Part shown: in pieces, positions 5,772 through 6,252 of the stretch
How positions within the stretch are numbered: the stretch's first letter is position 1
Layout: the number at the start of each line of letters is the position of its first letter
Source: a virus
Lineage: Duplodnaviria > Heunggongvirae > Uroviricota > Caudoviricetes
Length of the DNA: 6,252 nucleotides
IMG/VR virus record: IMGVR_UViG_2778261453_000008
Direction: 5' to 3' (one strand)
Notes under the pieces: model-generated
Databases searched by the model: none
Told to the model about the DNA's origin: nothing
What the model saw: only the letters and a program-made list of their open reading frames with translations
Position numbers and translations under genes: made by a program

Positions 5772-6252
5772 TGAGTAAAGTCTTTATTTGCGCCGCCATT
5801 CCGGACGAACAGGCAATAAAGGAAGAAGGTGCAATTGCTGTAGCCACTGCCATTGAAGCCGGTGACGAACGCCGCGCCCGTGCCAAATTTACCTGGCAAT
5901 TCCTGGAGCAATATCCGGCTGCTCAGGACTGCGCTTATAAATTTCTTGTCTGCGAGGATAAACCCGGCATGCCCCGCCCTGCTATCGACTCCTGGGATAC
6001 CGAATATATGCAGGAAAACCGCTGGGATGAGGAATCCGCTTCCTTTATTCCGGTCGAACCAGAATCCGATCCGATGAACGTCAATTTTAACAAGCTGTCC
6101 CTTGAAGTACAGAACGCGGTCCTGGTTAAGTTCGGTACATGTGAAAACATCACCGTTGATATGGTGATTAGCGCGCAGGAATTGTTGCAGGAAGACATGG
6201 CAACATTCGACGGACATATCGTTGAAGCGTTGATGAAAATGCCAGAAGTTAA
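5772..6252 (+). CDS. Hypothetical acidic protein, 3' end beyond the window (first 160 codons); first gene after kilR in the early-left operon
   Basis: ATG 5772 with GAGG at 5757..5760. The frame is open to the window end and gives a well-behaved acidic protein (MSKVFICAAIPDEQAIKEEGAIAVATAIEAGDERRARAKF...). The overlapping minus-strand track ORFs translate to Cys/His/Phe-rich junk. Identity not recognised with confidence. Confidence 0.65.

Noticed and set aside
5753-6217. Minus-strand track ORFs 5753..6217 and 5935..6198, and plus-strand ORF 5853..6077
   Set aside because: The minus-strand translations are Cys/His/Phe-rich junk, and 5853..6077 is in a different frame from the clean acidic ORF starting at 5772.

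Overview
This window is the early/immunity region of a Rac-like lambdoid prophage of an enterobacterium (E. coli-type), read here with the replication genes on the minus strand. From high to low coordinate on the minus strand: a Cro-like YdaS gene, a YdaT-like gene, a lambda-O-like replication initiator with an embedded 15-bp iteron array (putative ori), a DnaC-like helicase loader, a DUF1627/YdaW-position gene broken by an in-frame TAA, and the start of a further unknown gene running off the left edge. Divergently on the plus strand: a RacR/DicA-like repressor, a strong hairpin, a small conserved ORF, an AT-rich 124-aa ORF of unknown function, about 520 bp of non-coding DNA, kilR, and the start of an acidic unknown protein running off the right edge. 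The most interesting candidate is the AT-rich ORF pair downstream of the repressor, which sits where Rac carries sieB and lambda carries rexAB and so may be an undescribed exclusion/defence moron. All calls rest on reading the sequence and recalled family features; no database search was possible.
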